Shown one piece after another: positions 50,121-62,571 of a DNA stretch of 64,000 bases (its first letter is position 1; each line of letters begins with the position of its first letter). The position numbers and the translations under genes are program-made. Source of the stretch: Mobula hypostoma (Eukaryota). Location of the stretch: the NCBI RefSeq assembly GCF_963921235.1, contig NC_086097.1:211484001-211548000 (forward strand), written 5' to 3'. The notes under the pieces are model-generated. The model was not told the DNA's origin. It ran no database searches and saw only the letters and a list, made by a program, of their open reading frames with translations.

Positions 50121-50900
50121 GGTTTTCCCAGACCCTGGCACCCAGGAGATAACATACCATCTGGGAATCTCATAGAACCTCTTTTCTGTTCCCCTAATGA
50201 ACGAATCCCCTATCACCACAACTCGCCTCTTCTGTCTACCCCCCACTTCCCTTCTGGGTCACTGAGCCACAGTCCTGATACTGAGACTTTCCTCTGCTAG
50301 GCCATTCCCTTGCCCTTGCCCTTTGCCCCCAACAGTTTCCACAGAGATACACCTGTTGAGGGGGAGGGCCAGGGGGTAGTCTGCACCAGCTGTTTAACCA
50401 CTTTCCCCTTCCTGACTCTCTCCCAATTTCTTGTGTCCTGCACCTTGAGTGTAACTCCCTCCCATATATGTCCTATTTATCACCCCCTCAGCCTGCCGAA
50501 TGATCCTGAGTTCATCCAGCTCCAACTCCTTAATGTGAAGTGCAGCTGGGTGCACTTGTAGGTGAAGTCATCAGGGACACTGGAGGTCTCCTTGCCTTCC
50601 AACATCCTGCAAGAGGAGCATTCAACTATCCTGCTTGGCATCTCTACTGTCCTAACTGTGCAAATATGAAGAAGAAAGAACAATAAAATATGAGGGAGAA
50701 AAAAAAACTGCCTACAGCTGGAGATCGGAGCCACTCAAGTTCACCAATGGAGAAAAAAAAGGCAGCACCTCACTCTAGCTCTGTGCACTCCGACAATCAC
50801 CCCTCTGCTTGCCCCTGTCTTTCTTTAATTTGTTCTTGCCAGTCAATCCCATCCTGAAGGCTGATTGAGCACTGCTCCTAGCTCCAAACTGGCGCAAGTT
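50120..50900 (-). mobile_element. CR1-type ORF1 and 5' region remnant
   Basis: MPSRIVECSSCRM..VPDDFT.KC.QL zinc-finger-like N-terminus; esterase-like MVCCLPGAR-type remnant near 50130-50160. Confidence 0.65.
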
Positions 50901-51774
50901 GTTGCCTGTTTTTTTGACTCTGCTGGTGAACCTGAGTGAACTATGACTTCTCAGACTCTGACCCTTTTGATTGGGCACTGCCCAAAAACAAAACAAAAGT
51001 TCTTATTTTATCAAAGGAGGTATGATTGTCTCCAAAATAAAGAAAAAGTCCAAACTCATTAAAAAATTATTGATGACAGTAAATAAGGAGATAGTATTTC
51101 CTAAGGCAGCATGGTTTAAAAACAAAGGCGGTTGTAGAGAACCAACAATAATTTGAATACCTGTTTAACACAATATATTATGACTTGAAAGAGTGGTGGA
51201 ACCAAATAAAACTGTAACATAAGTATTTGAAGTGAAGTAATATATGACTGCAGAAATGCTGGGGCTGTTTGATTAATTGTCCTGCCTAGCCAGCAAATGA
51301 CAGAGCCACAATGGATGAAATGCTATCCTTCTGTACAACATCTTTTCTATGTACCAATTGACAACAGAGAAGTCAAATGTTTAGATCTCATTAAGGTAAC
51401 TTACAAAAGTTGAATGTTAAACTATAAAACACAACCGAATTTCATTTTTAATTTCCTTCAATTCTATCCAGTCTAGATTCTGCTGTATAGTCCTGACCTC
51501 TCTGGTTGATCTCTAATTCTTGAGGGCAGATGGATTGGTGACTAATGCTAATTAAACATAAAATTTTGAATAGAAATTCCTCCTTGATTTTAAATAACTG
51601 CTTCTCTTAATTTGACTTGTCTAAGTAAAGCCTGTTTTAATCACGGAAAGCCCAATTTAACGTTCCATCTCACACATCTCTTGGGTCTAATATTTCAAAG
51701 TCTTCCAATGACACTAAAGTGGTAAGAGTATGAATATGCAAAGAGGCTTCAAGGTGAAATACAACGTTAGTAAG

Positions 51775-52175
51775 AAACATAGACATAGAAACAAGAAAAC
51801 CTACAGCACAATACAGGCCCTTTGGCCCACAAAGTTGTGCCGAACATGTCCCTACCTTAGAAATTACTAGACTTACCCATAGCCCTCTACTTTTCTAAGC
51901 TCCATGTACCTATCCAAAAGTCTCTTAGAAGACCCCATCATATCCGCCTCCACCACTATTGCCGGCAGCCCATTCCATGCACTCGCCACTCTCTGAGTAA
52001 AAAACTTAGCCCTGACATCTCCTCTGTACCTACTCCCCAGCACCTTAAACCTGTGTCCTCTTGTGGCAATCATTTCAGCCCTGGGAAAAAGATTCTGACT
52101 ATCCACACAATCAATGCCACTCGTCTTATACACCTCTATCAGGTCACCTCTCATTCTCCATCGCTCCAAGGAGAA
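51775..52175 (-). mobile_element. CR1-type 3' end
   Basis: RMRGDLIEVYK..FFTQRV..AWNGLP; agaaacatagacatagaaac tail. Confidence 0.88.
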
Positions 52176-52957
52176 AATGCAAGATCATCCACTTTGGAAG
52201 GAATAATAGAAGAGCAGATTATTATTTAAATGGTGAAAGATTGCAATATGCTGTTGTGCAGAGGGACTTGGGAATGCTTTTCTATGAATCGCAAAAAAGT
52301 TGGCTTGCAGGTACAACAGGTTATTAAGAAGACAAACAGAATGGTGGCCTTCATTGCTAGAGGGATTGAATTCAACAGCAGGGAGGTCATGCTGCAACTA
52401 TGCAGGGTACTGGTGAGGCTGCACCTGGAGTACTGTGTGCAGTTCTGGTCTCCATACTGAGAAAGGATATTCTGGCTTTGGAGGCAGTGCAGAGGAGGTT
52501 CACCAGGTTGATTCCAGGGATGAAATGGTTAACCTATGAGTAGAGATTGAGTCGCCTGGGACTATACTCTGGAGTTCAGAAGAATGAGAGGGTATCTTAT
52601 AGAAACATACAAAATTTTGAAAGGGGTAGATAAGATAGAAGTAGGAAAGTTGTTTCCAATGGTAAGTGAGACTAGAACTAGGGGACATTGCCTCAAGATT
52701 CAGGGGAGAAGATTTAGGACGGAGGTGAGAAACTATTTTTCCCAGAGAGTGGTGAATCTGTGGAATTCTCTGCCCAGGGAAGCAGTTGAGGCTTCTATAC
52801 AGTTAGATAGATTTTTACATAGGGCAATTAAGGGTTATGGGAAAAAGGCAGGTAGATGGAGCTGAGTTTACGGACAGATCATCCATGATCTTATTGAATG
52901 GCAGGACAGGCTCGATGGGCCGGATGGACTACTCCTGCTCCTGTTTCTTATGTTCTT
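52176..52957 (+). mobile_element. CR1-type 3' end, back-to-back with the previous copy
   Basis: HLEYCVQFWSPY and YFSQRVVNLWNSLP; 3' UTR ends tttcttatgttctt. Confidence 0.88.
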
Positions 52958-53289
52958 GTGTGACTGAGACGGATTGAGCAAGTGCACAAAAATGTAATAG
53001 ATAGATGCAGTATAGCATATATTTATGTGAAGTTGTGGACTTTGGTAGACAGAACGGCAAGACAGAGGAGTATTGAAATAGTGTTTGATGGGGAGTGCTG
53101 ATACACAGAATCGAGTGATCTTATATATTAGTTGCTAAAAGAATCATGAGGTATATAGCGAGTACTAAAGGAGGCAAGTGGAATATTGATCTTCATGGCA
53201 AAGGGATTTGAGTACAAGAGGAGAATGTCTTTATAGAGGTAAGACCATATGTAGAGTTAAGAAGAAACAGACTCTGGTCCACTAAGTTC

Positions 53290-53565
53290 ACATCAGCCAT
53301 TAGCCACCCATTTATATTAATCTCATTTTATTGTCCTGCATTCCAATCAACACTACCCAGATTCTAACACTCACCCTACACATTTTGGACAATTCTCAGT
53401 GGCCAATTAACTACCAATTCCCATGTCTTTGGGATGTTGGAGGAAACTGGGGAACTCGGAGGAAATCCACATGGATAAGGGAGAGCTTGCACAGGCCCAG
53501 ATCAGGAATGAACCCGTGCCAGTGGAGCTGTTAGGCAGCAGCTCGACCAGCTGTTATGTGCCATC
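53290..53565 (-). mobile_element. V-domain SINE remnant (HE1-like)
   Basis: tgtctttgggatgttggaggaaactgggg..cggaggaaatccacatgg..aggaatgaacccg..ggagctgttaggcagc. Confidence 0.65.
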
Positions 53566-54559
53566 TATGTGCCATCTTCCTCTCAGTATCAGACAAAAGA
53601 TATATTCCCATGAGTTTCTATAGTCAATAAAAGGAAATATATTGAAGTTGCTGAATATATTTAAGAAGGTGATAAATTTCTTCACTAAGTGGTATGAAGG
53701 AGATGGTGTAGATGAGGCACGAACATATTGAATGACTGAACAGAATCAAACTGCTGACAGACCTACTCCTGCTTTTTATGTTGTTGCTGAATTGTGTAAT
53801 GTACCTAATTAATTCCAAATCCTATTACAAGTGACTAGCTTTGACTGGAGCCAAATAATTGGCATGATGTGTCTGTTTATTCACACGTTGGAGCACCTCT
53901 TACTCTCCCGTTGACAGCTGCATCATCCTCATGGCAAATTGTATTCACAGATCTGAGATATTCCTGATTTGTGGTTTTTCTATTACCTTGGATAAATTTA
54001 AATTATTGATAAATGAGAAGTCATTTCATCATTCAAATTGAGTTTAAGGCAATTTATTTTTATTACTTTTGATTTCAGCTTAATTGAACTATCACTTTAG
54101 TGTTTGGTACTAATTTGTTATTCTGTTCTTGAGCCAATTATGCACATTTGTCCATATATTCTCATTAATTAGAGAATATTATTCTTTAAATATTATCTAA
54201 AGTTTTCTTATGTACATAATGTTGCTTGCATTCTTCTCCCTCTGCAAATTGCAGAAATTCTATTCAAGTACTTGTTCAATTTTGTTCATTTCAAACATTT
54301 ATAAGTATTTGGAAATGATAATTGGCTTTTAAAATATTAATTGTAATTATTTAATATGCAGAATAGTTATAGTGTAGAAGGAGGCAATCTATACCAGTTG
54401 CTTAAAACAGTGCACACAGGCGCACTTTGCTACCCGCTCACAACAGCCCGGTCATTTTTTTTTCTCCTTCAGATAATTACCCTCTTCCTTTAAAACACCA
54501 TGTTTGAATCTGTCTCTACCTCAGTCCTTCACACTGGCTTTCAGACACTATTGTTCAGT

Positions 54560-55258
54560 TTTTTTCAGACAAAGAAGATGGAGAACCTGCACCACTCACA
54601 CCCCCCTTTACATTGGTGGCGCAGCGGTGGAAAGTAAACAGTTTCAAAATCCTGTGAATGCACGTCACACACCTCTCATGGTCCTAGAACACATCCTACA
54701 CAGTCATGAAAGTTCACCAACACTTCTACTTTCTGAGGAGGCTAGAGAGAACTGGACTTTACATCCATCCTCATATCTTTCAACAGATGTGTAGTAGAGA
54801 GATCACTGCTTGTTTTGGAAGGCGCACTGCAGCAGACAGTAAGGCTCCACATTAGAAAGTCAAAACTGTCCAATATATCACTGGCACCAGACTAACCGCC
54901 ATCAAGGACATGTATACAGAAAAGGGCCAGTAACATCATCAGAATCCCACCTGCCCTGCTCCTGGACTGTTTGTCCCATTTACACGAGGAATGAGGCTAT
55001 GTGGCATGCACCCCAGGACCACCAAATTCAAAAACAATTAGTTCCTTTCCCCAAGTAGTAAGGCTGATCAACACCTTCACCAACTAACTTCCTGTCAGCC
55101 ATCTTGTGTATAACCTACTATCACTTTATGGACATACAGTCAATCTATGTGTTTAAGCTGTTTTATATTTTTGTATTTTTTTTATTATTGTGTTCTTTAT
55201 CTTTTGTGTGCCTTTACACTTGTGCACCAGAAATAACATTAAACAATCCAGAATCTTG
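54560..55258 (+). mobile_element. Degenerate Rex1/Babar-type 3' remnant
   Basis: HTPLYIGGAAVE motif and a Rex-like C-terminus and 3' region. Confidence 0.6.
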
Positions 55259-55904
55259 ACTATTTCTTAAAGAGAAATGCACTGGTGCCCTGCTCAGTAG
55301 CATTGACAAACTGCAAACTCATTATTGTACTCTTGACTCTCCAGTCGGAACACTCCCCATACTTCAGCTCAAGCTGTGCACAGTTGGGCAAGGAACCTAG
55401 TAGGAAGACGGCTCTGTGGAGATGCAGTTATTTCTATCAGGGCAATGGGGCAGGGCAGGTGTTCATGTCAGATTCCTGGCACAGTATTGCATATCTACTG
55501 TATATTTAATACTTTAAGGGCCCCTTTGATCACTAATTCTATTCAGTGATCTATTTCTGAGTAAAGTTTCATGAGTGCTAAGGGAGGTTCCATTGTTTGA
55601 GTTTTGATTCTTTTCCATTTACCTTCATGTGTCCCTAATTTGTGACTCCTTCCACCAATGGGAGCAAATTACCTCTCTGTTTATGCCTGACCTAATTTTA
55701 AATACCTCTAGCAGATTCTCTCACAGCCTACTGCTTATCAAGCAGAACAACCCCAACTTCACTAGGTAAAATGATGTGTTCCTGCAATGCCCATTCGGTG
55801 TAAAACCCAGAGACAAAAAAAAAGACTAGATGCTGGAATTTAGCGCAAAAAAAAACAAAACAAAACTGCCGGAGGAACACAATCACATTTATTCTCAATC
55901 ACTA

Positions 55905-57100
55905 ATGTCACCTGAGATTCATTCTTTTTTGTGCCAGCAGTACAGTGCAAAGAAATAAAACTACTATAAATTGCAAACCTGGAAAAATAATGAGGTTTTG
56001 TTTTCGGGTTAATGGACCATTCAGAAATCTGAAGGCAGAGAGGAAGAAGCTATTTCTGAATTGTTGAGTGTGGGTCTTCAGGCTTCCCGTACCTCCTTCC
56101 TGATGGTAGCAGTGTGAAGCGGGCATGTCGTGGGTGACACCTTGAGGCAGCACCCTTTGGAGATGCTCTTATGGTGGGGAGGATTGTGTCTGTGATGGAA
56201 CTGACTGAGTCTATAACTTCCTGAAGCCACTTGCAATCCTGTGACTGCGTACCAGATTGTGATGCAACCACTCTCCACTATACATCTATAGAAACTTGTA
56301 AGAGTCTTTGGTGATGTACTGAATCTCCTCAAATTCTTAACAAAGAAGCTGCTGGAGTGCCTTTGTGATTGCATCAATGAGTGGGGTCCAGGACAGATCC
56401 TCAGATTTTGATACCTAGGAACTGGAAGCTGCTTATCCTTTCCACCACCTCAGTGAGGACTCGTGCGTGTTCTCCCGATGTCTTAAGTCCGCAATCAGTA
56501 CTAGGTCTTGCTGACACCGAGCGAGAGGTTGTGCAGTAATTTATCAGCTGATTATTTAGCCAGCTGATTTATCTCACTCCCGCCTGCCTCCTCATCGCTG
56601 TCTGAGATTCTCCCAATAACAGTGGTGTCATCAGCAAATTTATAAATGGTGCTTAGCCACACAGTCATGAATGCAGAGAGAATAGAGCAGAGGGGTAAGT
56701 GTGCACCCCTGAGTTGCATCTGTGTTGATTGTCAGCAAGGATTCAAAGGTTCATTTATTATTAAAGTATGCAACTCTAGGGCTATGGGTAACCCTAGGTA
56801 ATTTCTAAAGTAAGTACATGTTCGGCACAGCATAGTGGGCCAAAGGGCCTGTATTGTGCTGTAGGTTTTCTATGTTTCTATGAAATTCTTCTCCAGATAG
56901 CCATGAAACCAAGGGGAGAAAAAGAACCGCAACAGGATTATCCGCCAAATCCCCCTTCCCCCACCCAAAAGACACAAATAAAAACGCAACAGGAACATTG
57001 AGGAGGAGATGTTATTACCAATTCATACTGATTGTAGTTTCCCTATATGGAAGTAGAAGATCCAGTTGCAGAGAGAGTCACAGAGGCCCAGGTTTTGAAG
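55905..57100 (-). mobile_element. Rex1/Babar-type LINE remnant with nested inserts (CR1 3' tail at about 56778-56883)
   Basis: FTLLPSGRRY, FRNSFF and LRRF..SPKTL..FYRC; KFADDTT at about 56620-56645. Confidence 0.75.
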
Positions 57101-58177
57101 CGGGTCAGGCTGCGTCTGCAGAGGGATATGGGCAGTTGATGCTTCAGCTAAGGACCAGGCCCAGTCCAAACTGAAGGTTCTTGACCTGAAATGTCGACTG
57201 TTTGCCTATACAGCTGCTGCCTGACGGGGCTGTGTTCCTCCAGTAGTATGTCTTTGTTGTGTACAACCTCAGTCACCTGGTTAACAGGTAATATACATAC
57301 TGAAGTTGTCATATGTTAAAACACAATTGTCTTGTCCACGTGCAGAGAAATAGCACTTTACAGTGGACAGTTTGTGTATGGGGGAGGGAAAATTACAATA
57401 ATATCTTTAATTTTTGAGTCACATGAACTTGTGTATGTGAATTAAGTATAATTAGATTAGCAGCTTATTTAATCGAGCCTTTGGTTTCAGCACGGTGAAG
57501 AGTATATGCAGAATATTGTGTGTTTCTTTCTTCCACAAGTGGCTGATGTCAGCATTGGGCAGGTTGAAAGCTTTGCGTTAACAATTGCAATCTCTGCTGC
57601 AGGGATCGAATCATCGGAGTTGCACTTGTGGTCGATATGGCAACACACGCATGGGATCAAAGCACGTTAAGCAGTGTACTCTAATATTGTTACATCAGAA
57701 TGAGGTTAATCCACAGACTAGCAACTGCACTGTTTTTGCACGTTTCAGTGAACATATTTATACATAAATAGTGCTAATCATGGCGGTTATTTAATTTGAT
57801 ATTGCAGGGTGTAATGTGATTTGCACTCCAGAGGGACAGAGCAGCAGATGTGACCTATTATTATTATGGCAGGAATTAGTTTAATATAGGCTTATTCTGA
57901 TTATTGGAATGCAAATATCTATTTGTGTGCTTGCTGCTTCTACTTAAGTGTGCATGTAATTCTTCTGGATGCCTTAGTTCTACTTGTGTCGCTCTTATTA
58001 ACATGATTGACTGTATCTCTCCTTGCATTTTGCAAATGAGTTCTGAAATTGTTTAAATACAGGAAAGTCTTGGTGTGGTGCTACATCAAAGCACATAACC
58101 ATTGGAAGCAGGAGGAGGACATTCAGTCCCTCGTGTCTCTAAGCCACTATCTTAGCACTAGCTACAGATAGCATGTT

Positions 58178-58452
58178 ACCACGAGGAAATCTGCAGATGC
58201 TGGAAATTCAAGCAACACACACAAAATGCTGATGGAACGCAGCAGGCCAGGCAGCATCTATAGGAAGAAGTATAGTCAATGTTTCGGGCCGAGACCCATT
58301 CGGCCCAAAACATCGACTGTACTTCTTCCTACAAATAGCATACATCAAAGTTGCTGGTGAACGCAGCAGGCCAGGCAGCATCTATAGGAAGAAGTATAGT
58401 CAATGTTTCGGGCCGAGACCCACTCGGCCCAAAACGTCGACTGTACTTCTTC
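58178..58452. mobile_element. Tandem dimer of fold-back PLE pLTR units
   Basis: Two units that each invert within hammerhead stem II; flanked by CTACAGATAGCATGTT (58162-58177) and CTACAAATAGCATGTT (58453-58468). Confidence 0.85.
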
Positions 58453-58787
58453 CTACAAATAGCATGTTTTTGCTTTTAATGTCATTTTTAAAAACGTATC
58501 GATCCCTCTGAATGTGTCGAGTGACTGAACCTCCAGAGCCCTCTTGAGTAGAGACTACCAGAGATACACTTGGAAAATTTAAGTTTTCGTTATGAGAGGT
58601 GGACATTGACACGCTGCCTTCCTCACCACCACATGCTTATTTTTATCCATGTCACCATAGGTATAGGAGCAGAATTAGGCCATTTGGCCCATTGAGTCTG
58701 CTCTGCTATTTCATCATGGCCGATCCATTTTCCAGATAACTATTTTCATGAGTTCTTAATTCCTTCCATCTATATCTTCATCTTCCA

Positions 58788-59348
58788 GCAACACACATCA
58801 AAGTTGCTGGTGAACGCAGCAGGCCAGGCAGCATCTCTAGGAAGAGGTGCAGTCGACGTTTCAGGCCGAGACCCTTCGTCAGGATTAACTGAAGGAAGAG
58901 TTAGTGAGAGATTTGAGAGGGGGAGGGGGAGATCCAAAATGATAGGAGAAGACAGGAGGGGGAGGGATGGAGCCAAGAGCTGGACAGGTGATTGGCAAAG
59001 GAGATATGAGAGGATCATGGGACAGGAGGTCCAGGGAGAAAGACAAGGGGGGGGAACCAGAGGATGGGCAAGGGGTATAGTCAGAGGGACAGAGGGAGAA
59101 AAAGGAGAGTGAGAGAAAGAATGTGTGTATAAAAATAAATAACGGATGGGGTACGAGGGGGAGGTGGGGCATTAGCGGAAGTTAGAGAATTCGATGTTCA
59201 TGCCATCAGGTTGGAGGCTACCCAGACGGAATATAAGGCGTTGTTCCTCCAACCTGAGTGTGGCTTCATCTTTACAGTAGAGGAGGCCATGGATAGACAT
59301 GTCAGAGTGGGAATGGGATGTGGAATTAAAATGTGTGGCCACTGGGAG
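58788..59348 (-). mobile_element. 5'-truncated PLE (ORF C-terminus plus pLTR with hammerhead at 58851-58886)
   Basis: PVATHFNS..H..LRLEEQRLIFRLGSLQPDGMN; 14-bp TSD ATCTTCATCTTCCA (58774-58787, 59349-59362). Confidence 0.92.
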
Positions 59349-61874
59349 ATCTTCATCTTCCATCTGGTTTTGTTTTTGGTTTCTTTAACATTGTACCATC
59401 ATCTGTTTAAAATATTATGAATTTGTGCTGATCCGTCTCTCCTCCTCCTTGATCTGAAAAGCACTGAGATCCCTGGTTAGAGATGTCCCCAGCCAGCGGA
59501 AGTATTAGGTCTGTATCTGCCCTGTCAAGCCTCTTAATATTGTTTGTAGTATTGTTATCCTGTAGAAAGAGTTATTCAAAGTGAAAATGGCAACTGTTTG
59601 TTAAATGTTGTAACTCGCATTCTACAAATGACATGGGACCTTTTCAAAGGCACAGATTTCAAGCACCACATTTCAACGTAGAACTTAGCATTTCACTGGT
59701 TTTGAAATCATTGATTGGCCGGGTAGAGAGTATTTGCATTTTAGTAGAAAAACATTCAAAGACTGTATATTTTTAACAATTTGTGTTTGTTTAAAAATCA
59801 TGGTGTAGGTGCATATCCTTTTTTCCCATGGATGTCTTTATGAGACTCTACTTTAAGTGGTATGAAATTTATTGCAGTGATGTCAGGTTGTGTATTTACT
59901 AAATTTTTATTCATTTGTTCTTAAGGTAGATCAAAAGAAAAAAACTGAGTGGGACAGTGGTTTGGATAAATAACATAGGATCTGCTTTAAAATAGACACC
60001 AGAGCTTGCAGAAAGGGGCTGTGTGAAAAGGGCTAGAACATTTGTAATGGTATTCACGTTGGTCTTCATAGCACAATCATTCCTATAAAATCAGCGCATG
60101 GTTCCTAGCTTTTCTGAAGTGTTGTCAAATCACTGATTTATGCTACAATAATGTGGCAAGGAAGTTCTTCGGAGGCGGGGTCTGGTTGAGGGAGTTCCAT
60201 CTCCATCTGTCGTGATTAATGTAAGATTACTTAATATTGACTCTGGCCACAAGGTACTGACAAAATAAAGCTTCCAGTAATTTAAAAAAAAAATCAGGTC
60301 TCCTTTATTTCAGTATTCTCAGTTATAAATCAATTCAAATTCCCAACGCCTGGTTAAAATATGCTGTTCATATTCAGTTCATTTGTTCTACAATACTGCT
60401 GATTATTGATGGGAATTTTACATAATGTTGTGATTTTTAAAAAATTAGTCTTATACACTTTGTATTTTGGTATGAGATGGGGCTTTTACAAGATGACACA
60501 TTACTGGCAGAAAAGTCTCCTGAAGAAAATTTTGCTGATGTGGACTTCTGAAAGAATGCAGAGTACAGTAAAACTCTGATAATCTGATGTCTGACTATTC
60601 TGAGATCCCAGTGGTCCAGCATCTGGCTCACCAGCTAATATTTGCTCTCACATTGTTTCAAACAAGCTCTCGTTCCTCAATTCCCTCATTCCCTTCTGAC
60701 TCAGTAAGGGTCTTGCTCCTGAACGCCTTTTCGACTCACTAGGGCCCAGTTCCTCTACTCCCCTTCTACTCTTTGGGGCCCCAGTTCTTGCACTCCTTTC
60801 TGACTCACCAGATCTTGAACTAGCACACTCAAATTTATTGTTATTCTTTGATTAAAAGAAGAACAAAGTAAATGTTTGTTAAATGAAGCAACATTCAGCA
60901 GTCCAGAAAATCTGGTAGTCCAGCAAAGTCCAAAGTGAGTGAGATAATCAGTTTTACCGTACTTGGTAACTGATTAAAAGTAGCTCAAAAACAATATAAT
61001 GAGTTGAAAATGTCAATGTGTTTTTTTTTGAGTGCCGCGATAGAGTGTTTGGTTGCCTACATAGTTACCTCAGAATCTATATTTCTAGAATGGAAACAAA
61101 TGATTCTCAATCCAGAGAGACTGCTTAAGAAAGAAGCAGTAGTACTTTTAATCAGGTTGCCCACTCAGGTTTACTCACCAGGATTTAATGCTGTTTTAAT
61201 GTCCCCAGCACTCAGCAAACTGATAAGTATTATGTGACAGGAGATGATCATTAACCTCTTGTATTTAATTTATCTCACCAAATACATAAATGAATAAATT
61301 ACCTGCATATTGCCAATTGTTTTGTACTTTCATCTGTGTATTCAAACTCTACCTTAGATTTTTTTGTTTTAATATTGATATTTTTCTGTGAGTTTCGTCC
61401 ATTTCAAATCTATACTTCATTGTTTGGAATTTATGCTCATTTCATAATTGCTAGTTTCCCATGTGCACGTGAACAGATGGAAGTAACTGGTGCAGCAGGG
61501 ATAGAGCATTTAATCTGTGATGCAAAATTACTTCAGGCTGCAAAATGCATCAGCATTTTGTAAAGGCATCCAGAAGCATGGTGTGCACAGGCCCCCATGC
61601 CTATGGTATTCTCAAAAGATGATTATGATGAAATTATATTGTATTGTTAAAGTTCAGCTTAAGTTCAGTTTATCTCAGAATTGCCCGAAAAAGACCTGGG
61701 GATTTTCTTTGCCCTCTATTGGGCTTGCATTGCAATGGCACCAGCCATTCATGTCGAAGAGTTCTTAAGGCCAAAAGTAAAATGCTTTCTGTACAAGGTA
61801 AGGTCTTGTACCATTTAGATTATACACCACTGGGGGAGATCACAGGCACAAGAGATAAAATAAATGAAGCCTTC

Positions 61875-62290
61875 ATGTCATCTACCACCCCACCAACCTC
61901 CGTATTCAGCAGATAATTCTCCGGAACTTCTGCCACCTCCAACGGGATCCCACCACCAAGCACGTCTTTCCCTCCACCGGCCCCCCCCCCCCGCCCTCAC
62001 TTTGAGCTTTCTGTAGGGGTCACTTCCTACATGACTCCCTTGGCCATTCATCCCTCCTCACTGATCTGCCTCCTGGTATATATCCTTGCAAGCAGAACAA
62101 GTGCTATACCTCCTCCTTCACTACCTTTCAGGGCCCCAGACAGTCCTTACAGTTGAGCCACCACTTTACCTGGGAGTCTCTTGGGGTCATTTACTGTATC
62201 CAGTGCTCCCAGTGTGGCCTCCTGGGGGTGAGCCCCGATGTAGATTGGGAAACCATTTCGCTGAGCACCTACACTCTGTCCACCAGAGAA
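61875..62290 (+). mobile_element. Old PLE fragment spanning the Cys linker and GIY-YIG region
   Basis: RNFCHLQRDPTTKHVF, PCKQNKCY and GVIYCIQCSQCGL..GE..RLGNHFAEHL. Confidence 0.8.
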
Positions 62291-62351
62291 GGGTGCAAAG
62301 GATCTTCAGGAGATGTAGAAAAATGGTAAAACATTAACTGAAAAGTTCAAA

Positions 62352-62571
62352 CAACAGGAATTCTGCAGATGCTGGAAATTCAAGCAACACACATCAAAGT
62401 TGCTGGTGAACACAGCAGGCCAGGCAGCATCTCTAGGAAGAGGTACAGTTGATGTTTCAGGCCGAGACCCTTCGTCAGGACTAACGAAGGGTCTCGGCCT
62501 GAAAAGTCGATTGTACCTCTTCCTAGAGATGCTGCCTGGCCTGCTGCGTTCACCAGCAACTTTGATGTGTT
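62352..62571. mobile_element. Fold-back PLE-derived mini-element with 87-bp arms
   Basis: Arms 62389-62475 and 62484-62570 with an 8-nt spacer; 18-bp TSD with 2 mismatches (62334-62351, 62572-62589). Confidence 0.92.

Noticed and set aside
60478..60550. Short acidic ORF MGLLQDDTLLAEKSPEENFADVDF as a host exon
   Set aside because: No convincing splice sites or recognisable homology.
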